A program made the position numbers and the translations under genes. From Felis catus (taxonomy: Eukaryota), in NCBI RefSeq assembly GCF_018350175.1, contig NC_058368.1, forward strand, positions 55,988,001 through 56,052,000: a stretch of DNA of 64,000 nt. The letters are read 5' to 3'. Positions 1-13,144 of this stretch are shown here, one piece after another (within the stretch, counting starts at the first letter, position 1; each line of letters begins with the position of its first letter). The notes under the pieces are model-generated. The model was not told the origin of the DNA. It made no database searches and saw only the letters and a list, made by a program, of their open reading frames with translations.

Positions 1-562
1 CTCCTGTTCAGCTTCTCAGCCACAGATTATGACAATTTTAAACTTAATTCTTCACTGAGGCTTTTTAAAATTTACCTGGTTACTTTGAACTTGGACTACA
101 AGCCTGGGTTAGGCCAAGCTGGTCACTACTTCTCAGGCTTTATTTTTGTTTTTGCTTCTCCTGTGGTTAGTGTTGAATAATGCAGTTCCTCTTATAGTTT
201 AATGAACCTGTGGAAGTGGGGGATGTTTCCTTCCGGTTTACCCTTAAACTGCAGATTTAACCGCTGGTCCTGATTTTACTGTTGGGGATTTCCTGTTTAA
301 TCCTCTGTTGTCAGTGGCCAGAGGCTGGGCTGTCTGTCACCTTGACAAATTCTCCCTGTTCAAAATCAGCTTTAGGATTCCATTTATATTCTGTATTATC
401 TAGATTTTTAAATACTGATTAATCTACAGTTGCTTGCCAGCTCTTTAATACAAAAGTGTCATTGTTTTTGCTGCTGTTTTTAGAAAATTTTAATCCAGCA
501 GTTCTTTAGTTCTTTTCAGTGGGAACTTAAATTTATCTGCCTGACTATTCATAGTACAGAAA
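1..562 (-). mobile_element. Ancient L1M-type LINE fragment (5' region), boundaries approximate
   Basis: T-rich degenerate sequence. The 480-560 segment resembles the antisense 5' end of old L1ME-like elements (recalled consensus). Confidence 0.35.
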
Positions 563-684
563 TGGCTCAATCCCTGTGACATTTATCCTTGTTCATTACC
601 TGTGCATGCATTTATACTTGACATAAAATATAAATCTATCACTACTGAGAATTGTGGATCCTCTCGATAAAATTCATTTTCTAT

Positions 685-906
685 GGGGTGCCTGGGTGGC
701 GCAGTCGGTTAAGCGTCCGACTTCAGCCAGGTCACGATCTCGCGGTCCATGAGTTCGAGCCCCGCGTCAGGCTCTGGGCTGATGGCTCAGAGCCTGGAGC
801 CTGTTTCCGATTCTGTGTCTCCCTCTCTCTCTGCCCCTTCCCCGTTCTTGCTCTGTCTCTCTCTGTCCCAAAAAAAATAAATAAACGTTGAAAAAAGAAT
901 TAAAAA
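685..906 (+). mobile_element. Young feline Can-SINE (SINEC_Fc-type)
   Basis: GGGGTGCCTGGGTGGCGCAGTCGG head with A box and B box (GTTCGAGCC), CT tract, AATAAA and A-tail. Perfect 15-bp TSD AAAATTCATTTTCTA at 669-683 and 907-921. Confidence 0.97.
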
Positions 907-1164
907 AAAATTCATTTTCTAACTCTTGAATGTTAAAGCTTGCTTATTCTTTTGATCCCTTCCTCATTTTATCCTTCTCTCTTCTTTTTAATTCTACTTA
1001 AACATTTTTAAAGGTGTTTTTCTCCAAAATACTAATGCATATCTAAATTTTTGTCTCTAGATTTCAAAGTACTATTTCTGACACAGTAGGAAGACTAAAA
1101 TGAGTGTGCTGTTTACATGTAAATCTCCAATGACAAACAAAATACCTAGAATAAGATGAAAAAA

Positions 1165-1255
1165 AGTTAAGAATTCAGTCCATTTACCAGCTGAATAATC
1201 TTGGGCAAGTTACTTTCAATTGAGTGTTCAGTGTTTCCCACTGAAATAAAATTGT
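1165..1255 (+). mobile_element. MIR SINE fragment
   Basis: ccatttaccagctg...cttgggcaagttact...cagtgtttccc matches the MIR core motif. Confidence 0.6.
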
Positions 1256-1499
1256 CCCTTCCTTGCCCCAGCGTGCTGACTGCTTCTGCATATTTCTTAC
1301 TGCTTTCTAAGTCATGCTATTTTCCTTACTGGTCACCAAACACACCAGGTAAAATGGAGGGCCCCATTCCTTGCGAAAGGTTAGTTCAATACATAAATAT
1401 AAAAGTGTCCAGGAGATCTCCATGAGATAAGGTTTCCTTTTATTCAGAAGTGAATAAAAGAGAAATTTCTCTGCTTCTTGACATTATTACCCTTTCTGT

Positions 1500-2255
1500 A
1501 AGCCTTGGACAGCCCTGTTCAACTCAGGACCTTTGCACTACAGCTACCTCTGCCACACACATTCTTCATCTGGATATCAACGGAGCTAATTCTTGCAACT
1601 TTTTTCATTTCCTAAATAAGTGCTACCTGTAGAGGCCGCCTTTAGGCAACACTTGAGCAATGGAAAGCTGAGTAAGGTAATAGGGTGACCACCACACTGA
1701 ATGCAAACAGACCCATTAGGTGACCACCTCAAAATATTCATAAGCCCTAGCTGACTAATCAGCTACATACAACCCTACTTACAACTGGGTGCGGTACCAA
1801 AACAGGAAATTTCCATACATTCCCATACCTCCTCACCTTCCCCCCTTAATTACAGACCCCCACCACTGCCTGCTGGCACACAGCCTTTCCTTTGCTGTCT
1901 TTCCTACTGCTCCCTTGCCCTGTATTCAATAAACTTCTATCTCCTTTGTTCTACCTTGGGTGAATTCTTTCACTGCCTGTGGGGCGCCCCCACCCAACTG
2001 GGTTGCCCTACACCACCAAGACCAATCTATTTAGAATTTCAATCATCTCCCACAGATTTTCTTATCTCGTTACTAGTTCCAATTTTTATATTATTTTTTA
2101 AAACTACATAATTTTCATATTTACTATTTATTATGCCTGCCTGTTTCCCTCTCCAATGGAATGACAAATCCAAAAGAACAATTTTTTCTGTGGTGGTTAC
2201 TATCGTTTTCCAATATCTAGAAATATATCTTGCATATGGCCAGTGCTCAATCAAT
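1500..2255 (+). mobile_element. L2 LINE 3' end, interrupted by a solo LTR
   Basis: ctttgcact...ctctgcc before the LTR and cctgtttccctctccaatggaatg...gtgctcaatcaat after it follow the L2a 3' consensus collinearly. Confidence 0.7.
1628..2012 (+). mobile_element. Solo LTR of an endogenous retrovirus (385 bp)
   Basis: Termini TGTAG...CTACA form an inverted repeat. AATAAA lies at 1928-1933. The 5-bp flanks CTACC / CCACC fit a TSD with 1 mismatch. Confidence 0.85.
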
Positions 2256-3146
2256 TCAAGCTCTCTCTGACTTACCAGATATTCAAAATGTTAAATGTTT
2301 TTGAGCATAATACTTAAAATTATAAATTTCAGTCAAATTCTGTCAAAAAATAAAGTCATAAAGCAGTAAAATATGTTATATAGAGACTTAAAATATATGT
2401 ACTTTTGAGCACTCTTCTAGGTGGCAAGCATGCTGATTTCATTTGATTATCAAAAAGGTTCATAATCAGACTTTTTCTTCAATATAATTAAAACACCTTC
2501 AACTCCTACTCCTCTGACTATCTTAATGTCAACTTAAAATGAACTAAATATTCACTTTCCAGTCCTGGTTCATTACTTTGGATTTTTATCAGAATATACC
2601 ATTTAATCATATTGTCAGCATCAAAATCACTAATATATTGATTCTTTTATTTTTCCTTTAAGAAGAGATTGTAAGATAGGCTTTATTCTTTTTCTCTCTG
2701 GAAGACAGAGTTTAAATAATTTTCTACTAGGAATACAGCTATTAAATGGAAAAGGCATGAATAGAATGTCATTCTTTTAAATACAAATATTTTGTGTTAT
2801 AGCTAATGATTATTTGGACATTTTCAAACACATTAAATTAGGGAAGCAGATGTAATTTTAAAATAATTTGTTCTCCTGCATGCCCCCAAATACTCATGTC
2901 TAATCTCACCTATTATGACTATTCCTTTACCCAAGCATTTTTACATAACTAAATTTAGTTTATGTATACTATATTTTATGTAAATTTTAAAATCATAGTT
3001 TCTGTAATGTTATAATTATTCTCCGTTTATGTTATGCTTAGATTGTGTATTACAATAACAATATATGTTTAGTAGACATACTGTAGAATTCTATGTATAG
3101 AAGTATAGTATGAGTGTGCCTGTGTGGTAGGAAGCAGTGCACAGAG

Positions 3147-3170
3147 TGTGTGTGTGTGTGTGGGGGGGTG
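3147..3170. repeat. (GT)n microsatellite followed by a G-run
   Basis: Seen directly. Confidence 0.9.
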
Positions 3171-3189
3171 CTGCTCATAGTAGGTACCT

Positions 3190-3615
3190 GCTTATCTTGC
3201 TTGTGGGAAAAAAATACCCTTTGTATGTTACAGCTCCTCACATTTCCATTAGGGAAATAACTCTCACATCCATTTAATCTGTTTCTGAAAGAGATCTTAA
3301 TCAGTGATGGCCAAGGGATTTTAGGTTAAGCTAGACTCATATTTCTCCTGGGAATTGAATCTTCAGCAAAATATTTTATGGGCAGAAAGAAGTTTGTACT
3401 CAAGTTTTCACTTTCTTTTTGTGTACGTATATTTTCTGCTATCAGCTTAAAATGACAAACTATGAGTTCCCACCTGGTATCACAGGAGTTATCCTATTTT
3501 ATGCCCATGTCTGCTTTTCCTTCAATCTTATGAACTACCATGTATTCACTCAGTAATTTCATTTTGTTTAAGCTTCCTAAAATAGTGTATGTGACAACCA
3601 ATGTATTCTGATGAA
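3190..3615 (+). mobile_element. Ancient MLT1 (MaLR) LTR relic
   Basis: The 3' end ttttgtttaagctt...gtgacaaccaatgtattctgatgaat resembles MLT1 terminal sequence; heavily diverged. Confidence 0.45.
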
Positions 3616-3707
3616 TGAATGCATATATATATCTGTATTTTTGTCTTACAGAATTATATTTTTAATCAACTTTATATACTTGAAAGTTATCAAATCGTTT
3701 TACTCTT

Positions 3708-3767
3708 TTTTAAAGTTTATTTACTCATTTTGAGAGAGAGAGCGAGCAAGCTCATGAGCAGGGGAGG

Positions 3768-3809
<42 letters not shown>

Positions 3810-3937
3810 ATCACAAGCAGGCTCCTTACTATCAGCACAGAGCCCAATGTGGAGCTCAGACCCATGAACCGTGAGATCATGACCTGAACTGAAACCAAGT
3901 GTTGGACGTTTAACTGACTGAACCATCCAGGTTCCCT
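3708..3937 (-). mobile_element. Can-SINE (older), expanded (GA)n
   Basis: Antisense SINE with degenerate TSD aatcgttttactctt / aatcattgtactctt. Confidence 0.93.
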
Positions 3938-4361
3938 TAGAATCATTGTACTCTTAAAGTAATTCCAAATATAACATATTTAACTGGCACTTTCTAATTC
4001 TAGATGCAATAGGAAACATTCTTGGTACTCTGACCTGGCTTTAAAGTGTTTAAATTGCTAAATATTATCTTTTTCTGTTTTTGTTGCTATTGTTATATGC
4101 TAGATGAATAGAATCACTATTAGTCTAAGTTCATGAGTTCACAGTCCCTACTGTAGACTGAGGTCTGTTCTAGGCTACACTTGTAGATGAATGTACAGGA
4201 GTATCAGTGGCTTACAGAAAGGGCAGGAATGCCAAGAACAGGGGAAGTTTTCCTTCTACTTCTGATGAAAGGAATCCTTAGCTTGAGGTCTTTTGAAAAC
4301 CTGTATGTCTTGAACTAATCTTTTCAAAGGATGGGGCCCTTCAGTCTAAGACCATGTTGGC

Positions 4362-4610
4362 AAAGAGAGAGAGAGAGAGAGAAGAGGGAAATGAAAGAAA
4401 TAAACAATTGGAAGGAAGGAAGGAAGGAAGGAAGGAAGGAAGGAAGGAAGGAAGGAAGGAAGGAAAGAAGGAAGGAAGGAAGGAAGGAAAAAGGGAGGGA
4501 AAGAGGAAAGGAGGAATGGAAGAAAAAGGAAAAAAAAAGAGAAAGAAGGAAGGAAGGAAAGAAAGAAGTAAAAGAGGAAAGGAGCAAAAAAAAAAAAAAG
4601 AAGGAAAGAT
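4362..4610. repeat. Polypurine compound microsatellite (GA)n/(GGAA)n
   Basis: Seen directly; about 250 bp almost purely purine on the + strand. Confidence 0.95.
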
Positions 4611-5889
4611 AACATCTTCTTGCTTAATAAAAGCTCCATGTCAACCTTTCTCAAGCTCTACAAAAAGGAACACACAAACATAAAGATTTCACTTGACTTT
4701 CCTGGTTATAAGTAAAGGAAACCTCCTAAGGCAGCAAACTGAGTTTACTTTGATAGGATTGAATTTAAAAGAAGTGGCAGCAGAGCTGCTGGGCAGAGAG
4801 CAGTCATTAGTTAACAGCAAATCACAACGCACAGGACAGAAAGTGTGTGGTGTTAACCTTGCACATCTCACATCATCAGCTGCTGGCACACAAATGAGAG
4901 TTTTCTCTGCCTGAAGTCCTGTCTCACAAAGAAACCTTCAGAAAGGTTCGTCTTGGCAGAGTTCCCTAAAAAGTGCAGTCTTTGGGTTCTTTTCTTGAAA
5001 CAAAATTGGCTATGTACTACATTCTTTTTGGGCTTTTTCATAATATCGTTTTTGCATTTTATATCCCAAATTGTAAGATTCAGAAAAGAAAGAAAGAAAA
5101 AAAAAAGAAAGAAAGAAAGAAGGAAAGAAGAGATTAAAACATTGAAAATAATGCAATTGGTAGCACAGCCATAGAATTGAAGTTTATCTTTAGAAATATT
5201 GCCTATGTTTTACAAATCATATAAATTAACACAATAAAAACTATATGTATTTGAAAAAAGGTAATGTTTTTAAGCTGACATTTTTGATACTTTAATTTAT
5301 AGTATAGATGATATATTTTCCTTAAATAAATGTGAATTGTTAAAATCCATATTCAGACTTGAGTAATTTCTGAAACAAAGAGAGTAACTGTGTTTTCCCA
5401 TTTGAGCTTAAAATGTTGAAATTACCACATGTAGAAACATATGTTAATTATACCTCTGGCACTGCATTTCCCATGATGGGCAACAAAAAAATTTAGCCTC
5501 TTTTAAAAATGAAGACTCTGTTACCATTCTGGAAAAACAAGCATAGAGGGTAAAACGTTCTTAATGTTAGTCTTGTCTAGTTGATAGTCTTCCACTGGTG
5601 AAGAAAGAATATAACCCTTCTAATTTATTTCTTTGCAAACCATAATCAGGCACCAAATTACCTTATTACATTATTGTAAAAAATCTAGTATCCAGTACAT
5701 TTCCATTTCCATGTGTAGCCCTGTAAATCAAGCAATTAAATCCCAATAGAATGATAATACGTCCTCCCAATTAGTTACCTATATAGAGTCCCAACCATCA
5801 TATCTCAACTTCATATGTGAATATCAGGGTAGTTTTCCTAAGCCTTGCTTTATTGTACCTCTGGTCGGCTCAATAAGCATCATAGTTGA

Positions 5890-7350
5890 ATTTACTCCAA
5901 TATTGCTCTTTAAAATTGCCATGCCAATTACAACTGACACCAAGAGTGTATGAGAGTAAATATGTCACGCCACACTCCAAACAAGTTAATCCCAGACTAT
6001 TATATCCCAGGGTGATTCTTTATAACTGAATAGTGAAAGTGGTAAATTGTTGATTTTTACTTCATTTACTTGAATAATGATCATCTTAAGTATCTTTAAA
6101 AATGAATTTAATGGACTTCAGATTATTTCTTCTGTAAAATGTCTTTGCAAAGGCAATGCCTGTTTTTCTATTAGATTGGCTGTCTTTCTCATATAGATGT
6201 ATAGGAATTCTTCATATTTTCTAGATATTAAAACTTAATTTTATATGTCTTAGAAATGACATCTTTTACTGTATGTTTGGGTATTATTTTATGCAGAGAG
6301 TTTTATTCTTCATAAAGTCTTAATTTCACTATATTGGTATCAGTTTTCATACTACACACAGTTTTCTATCTAGACTATAAATTCTTAGTGTTTTGCTTGT
6401 TTGTTTTGGGGGGGGTTTCCTTGAGGTAAAAAAAAGTGCTTTCCTGTATTTTAACATTATAATGTTTTGCTTCTCATATCTAGCTTTTTTATTTGATGTT
6501 GATTTGTTTTGAATTTACTTTTTCAAATGGTTTGAAATAGAAAATAATTTTATATTTTTAACATATTTGCTTCTGTGATCCAACATTACTCTTATATTTC
6601 TGCATTTCTCCATTAATATGAAATGCTAGCTATATTATATACCAACTTTACATATATGCATACCTATATTCATGATCTATTGAATCTATTTCTGTATTTT
6701 GTTGAATTATTCCTACAACAATATTTCTCTGTCTTAATTATCACTTACTTGTAATGTATCTTGGCAACTTGTAGAACCAGATAGAATTTCTGCTTCTGGT
6801 TCTTATTCATACCTGGTTTTCTTTATTCTTTTACTATGAATTTTCTTGTGAACTTTTGACTACTTTTGTGAGTAATCCTATTGGGGTTTTGGTGACAATT
6901 GGATTCAACATATAAATTAATTTGAAGAGTATTCAGATTTTCTTGTTCATCACAATTCACACCACAATTTATTTAGGTCTTCTTTTATGTCTTTGAATAA
7001 TGTTTTAGTGTTGTAACACAGGTTTTCTACATTTTCTTAGATATTTTCCATTATCAGTATAAATTATGTAGTTTTATTTTACTTCTTTATTTTATGTATT
7101 TTCTTAATTAAGATTTCTAACTTAGTTTCTCAAAAAAACAAGTCAACAACAAGCAAACAGACAGTCAACAACATACAAATCTTGAGGAATTTTGTTAGAT
7201 TCTTTCTCTGTTTTAATACTGATATTGATTTAATAATGTCTGTAGCAAAATGCTGTGATTGTTTTTCAAAAATTTCCTGAAAGATTACTAATATTTTCTA
7301 TGTAGGCAATTATATTATCTACAAAAAATAACAATTTTGACTCATTTATT
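5890..7350 (-). mobile_element. Ancient L1M LINE (ORF2/3' region), highly degraded
   Basis: Antisense L1-like phrases such as ggaattcttcatattttctagatatta, cctattggggttttgg and tttatttaggtcttctttt. Confidence 0.6.
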
Positions 7351-7893
7351 TATTTGCATCTCAGAATTGTATTTCATTGGAAGTTTGTATAGGTTACACT
7401 TACTAGGTTAACATAAATCTGTGATAATTCATTTTAATTAAACTTGTACCCTATTTAAAATTACCACATTTGGTATTTTTTAATTTGAAAATTTAAGTTA
7501 AAATCTTAGGAAAAACAAATTGGACTGCCACAACTGACTGATACCAAACCTGAATTTGGAATACTAATGCTAATCGGAAATCCGACAAGAAGGAAGATGA
7601 GAATCTTACATTTCAGCTAGATCTCCCTCATTGTGTGTTTCTGATGACTCAAGCTTACCTTACTCTGCTCAATGATATCTGAATTTGCAAGTCTTTATAG
7701 GCTTTTACATTAATAGTTTTTTTCTGGATGGAAGGCGTATTTCTGGTCTTTTCATTGAGTAAGGTGCAGGACTAATTTCAATTATCTCTATAGCTTTCCT
7801 TAGGCAAGCAGTTTCTTTTCTGCCAAAACCACCAGTAAAAGGAAAAAAAAAAACTTCTATCTGAAATTCATGCATGGGTCATGAAGTTCTTAC

Positions 7894-8040
7894 CAGTGTT
7901 GTCCCATAGAACTGCAGTAATGGAAATGTTCTATAATACTACACTACCAGTGGGGTCATGTAGTACTTGAAATGTGGATGTTGCTGCACAAGTTAGTTTT
8001 AGTTTAAGACCATTAGCCTCAAGTGAAGTATTTGGTTCTG
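7894..8040. mobile_element. MER3-like hAT-Charlie DNA transposon relic
   Basis: cagtgttgtcccatagaac...gtaatggaaatgttctata...tacttgaaatgtgg matches the recalled MER3 consensus. Confidence 0.75.
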
Positions 8041-8709
8041 GGTCCCCCAAAATATGTATAGTCATTGGTCATGATCTCTTCCCAGTCACAGAGTAGCAAA
8101 AACAAGGGCTCTATATCCAGAGCCAGATTTTGATTGGTCTATTTTCCTATAAAGTTTAGCAGTTTCCAAAAATAATAATAATAATAATTTTACATTGATT
8201 TCCAGCAATAAAAATGCTCTGTGAATCCGAGAATCCGAGTTAAATGTGGTGAGTGAATAAAGAAATTTTCCTTTCCAGCATGGGAAAAAAAAAAAGAAAA
8301 CTTAGATGTTAATGTTACTGTAATTGACAAAATTGTGTTCAGGAATGTTAGCATATGAGTGAGTTGTGTCATGGGAGAAAGGATTATAGCATATTATAAT
8401 GACTATTGAATAAAATAATTTTCCCCTATAATAATGTTTCTAATAGGATATTTGATCTTCCCATTTCTACATTAACACTTAGTAGTATAATCTGTTGTGA
8501 TAGTATTAAGAGTGATTCTAAATTCAGTTCTTATGCCAATTCTTGACTGAAGGAAGCACTCTGTTAGAAAAAAAATCATGATTATATCCAAGTGATTATA
8601 TTCATTATAACTGTGTTATTTATACAGTGAGGTCAAGAAAACTAAAATCTATTACACAGAGACAGGAAAGAAATATATAAATGAATACCTTTTTTAAAAG
8701 TTACAAATG

Positions 8710-8918
8710 GGGGAGACTGGGTGGCTCAGTCAGTTAAGCGTCTGACTCTTGGTTTCATGTCTCTTGGTTTTGGCTAGGGTCATAATCTCCCCGTTCATGA
8801 GTTCAAGCCCCGCATGGGGCTCTGCACTGAAAATATGGAGCCTGCTTGGGATCTCTCTCCTTCTCTCTCTCTGCCCCTCCCAGACGTATTCTCTCTGTCT
8901 CTCCAGAAATAAATAACC
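8710..8918 (+). mobile_element. Can-SINE (older)
   Basis: SINE head and CT tract, TSD aaaagttacaaat on both sides, small internal duplication ctcttggttt x2. Confidence 0.93.
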
Positions 8919-9034
8919 TTTAAAAAGTTACAAATATATGGAAGACCCCATTTTTAAATTAGAACTAAAAATGTATTAAATGAATTTAATGACAATATTG
9001 TCTTTTTTCATAATACAAATAAAATGCATGTCTT

Positions 9035-9239
9035 TTTTTAATGTTTATTTATTTTGAGAGAAAGGGAGCACACACACGAGCAGGGGGAGGGGAAGAAAGA
9101 GGAGAGAGAGAATCCCAATCAGGTTCCATGCTGTCAGCTCAGAAGCCAACACAGGGCTCAATCTCACCAACCTTGAGAACGTGATCTAAGCCAAAATCAA
9201 GAGTAGGATGCTTAACTGACTGAGCCACTCAGATGCCCC
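9035..9239 (-). mobile_element. Can-SINE (older)
   Basis: Antisense SINE flanked by catgtctt on both sides. Confidence 0.9.
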
Positions 9240-11432
9240 TGAAACTCATGTCTTAATGGTTCTTTTATTTCATTCTTTAATTATTTTAGCCTTATTTCAT
9301 TATTGCATATCCAGTGAACAGCAACATAAAAATGAAGACAGTGGTCAGTGATTTATTTCAATGCAAATACTATTTTAACCCAATTTAAGACATAGAACAG
9401 TATAAACACTTCAAACATTGATCATTTCTTCCTCCTCCCCTACAAATTAACCGAAAGTTTAACTCATTTTAGTAATAAATGTCTTACTCTTCTCTAAGAT
9501 TTTGTCACCTAAAATGCATCACCTATTACCATAATTTTTACATTTTTTATACCTTGAATTTAATTGATCATTTATATTTTTCTGGTTTTTTTGTTTTGAT
9601 GAAATGTATGTCCATCAAATTATTTTCTCCTTTTTGGCAGCTGTATTTTAATCATTATTATTGCTCAGTAATAGGAGGATGCCACACTTTATTTACTCTT
9701 TGAGTTAATGGTAATTTGGATGGTTTCCATTTTCAGGAAATAATAAATGCTCTTCTGAGAACATAGCCATACATTATCTCTTGGTGCACTTGTCCACATA
9801 CCCATTTCTGTAAGATATTCAGGTATAAGTAGCATTGATATGATAGACTACATAGATATCTTCACTCTTAATAGATAATACTATACCATTTCTCAAAATG
9901 ATTGTTCTGACACTCCCCCTAAAAAGTATTGTGGTTCTTGTTGCTTCATACCCTTGTCAACACATGCATCAGTTTTTTTGAGTCATTCTGAAGAATGCAT
10001 AGCAGTGTCATATCGTGCTTTTAATTTGCATTTCGTTGATTAATAATGAAATTGAGTACCCTCTTTTCAGTAATTTTGAAATATGTGTTATGAAGAGCCT
10101 ATTCACATTTCTTGCTCATACTTCTGTGTTTTTCATTTCCTTATTGATTTGTAGACGTTTTTTATATTTTTGTAATAAGCTCTTTGTCAGTTTTATATTT
10201 GGCAAGTATAATCTTTAACACTACGACTTGGTTTTCAGTCTCTTAATGGTATCTTAATTTTAATGTAATACAATTTATTTTTTTCTTTTACAGTTTATGT
10301 TTTTATTCCCTGGCCTGTAAATCTTTTCAAACACAAGGTAATGAAGGTATACCTATATATCTATAGATATTTTTTCTAGGAATTTATATATATATATTTT
10401 CTATATTTCTGTATGTTTTCAAATATTAAATCAACTTTTTCTCTCCCCCATATATATTTTTTTCTAAGAATTTTATTGTTCACCTTTCACAAATATTTAG
10501 ATCTGCAATTCTCCCCCTAGATGATTTTTGTGTATCCTGTGATATACAGGCTACATTTGTTTTCTTTCCTTATATGAATATCAAATTGATTTTACAAACA
10601 TTTAAAAAAGAACACCTTTTTCTTCATTTCTCTGTATGAGGATGTCTTTATACTATGTCTCATGCCAGTATTGGTGGGTTTTGGTGTTTGGATTCCCAAT
10701 TTCCTTTGTTTGGTCTATTCGTCTTATACAAATGCCATGATCTCTTAATTAAATGATGTTCTATATTAAGACTTCATATCTGATCTATCAATATTTCTCC
10801 TTTTGTTCTTTTTTGCCAAGATTGATTTTAGATATTCTTAGAACTTTGCATGTTCATATAGTTTTAAAGATCACCATGTCAAATTATAATGGGGGAAAAA
10901 AATTGATACTGACAAAATGATATGGTTATCATTTCAAAGGTGAATTGATATCTAGAGAAAATGTGCATAGTTTGTGGAGAATTAACATCATTAAAATATT
11001 GATTTATCAGTAAATGTCATGTATTACTTTATTGAGGTTTTTTACAATTATAAACAGCAACATTTCATATTTTTCCTTATAAAACTATTGACCTTCATTT
11101 GTTAAACTTATTCAAGGGATTGAGAATATCTTTTTCTTTAATGTTATTTGTTAATGCCTGAGAAAGGCATATAGAATTGATTGTGTAAATTACATTCTTT
11201 CAGGAAGTGTATTAAATTCAGTTATTTATTCTTACATATAGTCCATACTCTTGTATTTTCTGTGAACACAAAGTTATCATCTCTTAATAAAGTTTTGTTT
11301 TTCCTTTTTAATTCTTATAGATTTTATTTTATTGGCTTATTTTGTGGAGTATGACTTCTGGTAGGATTGTAGTAGAATAGATGACAATAGAAATACCTGT
11401 GTCTATTCCAATCTTAAAGGTATATTATTTGT

Positions 11433-11555
11433 GGGGTGCTGACAGCACAGAGCCTGGAGCCTGCTTCAGATTCTGTGTCTCCTTCTCTTTCTGCCCTAAC
11501 CCTGCTCGTGCTCTGTCTCTCTCTCTCTCTCAAAAATAATAAGCATTAAAAAAAA
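11433..11555 (+). mobile_element. Shortened Can-SINE lacking the A/B-box region
   Basis: GGGGTGC is joined directly to TGACAGCACAGAGCC. TSD GTATATTATTTGT at 11420-11432 and 11556-11568. Confidence 0.9.
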
Positions 11556-12302
11556 GTATATTATTTGTAGCATTATTCATTATGTCACCATACTTTTGAA
11601 AACATAATCAGTTTAATCAGTTGTGTTATGTTCCTAGATAAAAGCTGTTTATCAAGAATGTGTATAGAATGAAATAGTCTACTTTATTTATTTAAATGAC
11701 TATATGATATTCTTATATTATGCAAATGTGAAAATTATTGTCATTAATTTTCAAATATTAAATTAACTCTATTAAAACAAATTTATAATAGTAAATAAGT
11801 ATTATTATTTTATATATACTCTGCTCTTCTGTATATGAATTGTCTTCTATTTATTTTTTTTAGATTTTTTTAATCTATGCAAAATTAGCCTATACATTTC
11901 CTTTATTGAATTATATTTTATTTCATAAATTTTTCTACCTTTGGTAATTCATCCCTGAGCTTAAATCTTGGATTATGTTCATTTTGTTTGAAGATACTAG
12001 TTTGCATTCTTTAAGTGCAGAATCGACTGTGGCTTATTAATTGGTTTTTATTTGTCTCAAAACATCTTTACTTCATTTTTATCTCAGAATGATGTTTTAA
12101 TTTGGTGAATAGTTCTAGTTTGGCAGTTGTTTTTTCTTTCATTGGTTTTGCAGACATTATTTTCTTATCTTCTGGAATCCATTGTTTCCTCGGGAAGTCT
12201 TCTCTCATGTTCTTCTCTCTGTCTCCCTGTCTCTCTCTGTCTCTCTCATGAAGTTTTTTCTTTGTTTCCTGCTTTAAGCAATTGTGTATGTTTGTGTGTG
12301 CG

Positions 12303-12494
12303 TTTATTTATTTTTTAAAGTTTATTTATTTTTTAGAGAGACAGAGAGAGAGAGAGAGAGGGCACGAGCAGGGGAGGGGCAGAGAGAGAGGGACAGAGGA
12401 TCCAAAGTTCAATGTGGGCTTGAACTCACTAATGGCAAGATCATGACCTGAGCAGAAGATGAATGCTTAACCAGCTGAGCCACCCAGGCACCCC
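12303..12494 (-). mobile_element. Can-SINE with internal deletion
   Basis: Antisense SINE ending cacccaggcacccc. Confidence 0.9.
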
Positions 12495-13144
12495 TATTGA
12501 GAATTCTTTACTGTGTCATCCGAATGCTTTAATCAATTGTGGGAGTTTCTTAGCACTGTTTCATTAATATCTCACATATTAGATATTCATGTTGTACCCT
12601 CCACTCCCTTTTGTACATTTCTTACTTTTGTCTTTTCTTGCTTAAGTCAGAATGTTTTCTTCTGACACTCACCTCCATAATTCTCTTTTCAGTTGTTTTT
12701 AATCTGTCATCCTGCTGCTATCATAAGCAGAATTTATATTGTATTTATTGCTTTGGCATTAAGTCACTTCATCAATATTAATGGTAGAATTTCCAAAAGT
12801 AAGATTATATTTTTCTTTTTTTAGATGTCTCTTCCAGTACCTTTCTGAAGAATATATATTCTAGCCATACAATAAAGTTATATTTTTGATTAATGATTCG
12901 TATTACGTGAAATACTAATCTTATGTGAAATGCTATGTATACTTAACTTCATTTTTGTTAAATTTCTTTATAACAATGTAGGTGATATAATCAAATGAAC
13001 TTTGGACTCAGAGGTTTACACTAATATTATTCCTACCCTTACTTTGTATATTAGCTATGAAAAACGAAAGTCTCCCTTAGCATTTTGTCACCTAGTATTA
13101 GAAAATGCTGTTTGACACCCATACTATTATTGTGCAGATTATTT

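Larger units (their letters stand above)
9370..12760 (-). mobile_element. Ancient L1M LINE fragments (3' UTR/ORF2 and ORF1-like pieces), interrupted by SINEs
   Basis: Antisense L1 phrases such as ttttaatttgcatttcgttgattaataatgaaattgagtac and gattttagatattcttagaactttgcatgttcatat. Confidence 0.65.

Noticed and set aside
652..891. Recurring short ORF family (GWRSRLSVRLQPGHDLAV..., MAQSVK...) at many loci
   Set aside because: Read-through of Can-SINE sequence, not a gene family.
4324..4683. Overlapping low-complexity ORFs (EGRK and PSFL repeats)
   Set aside because: Translations of the (GGAA)n microsatellite.
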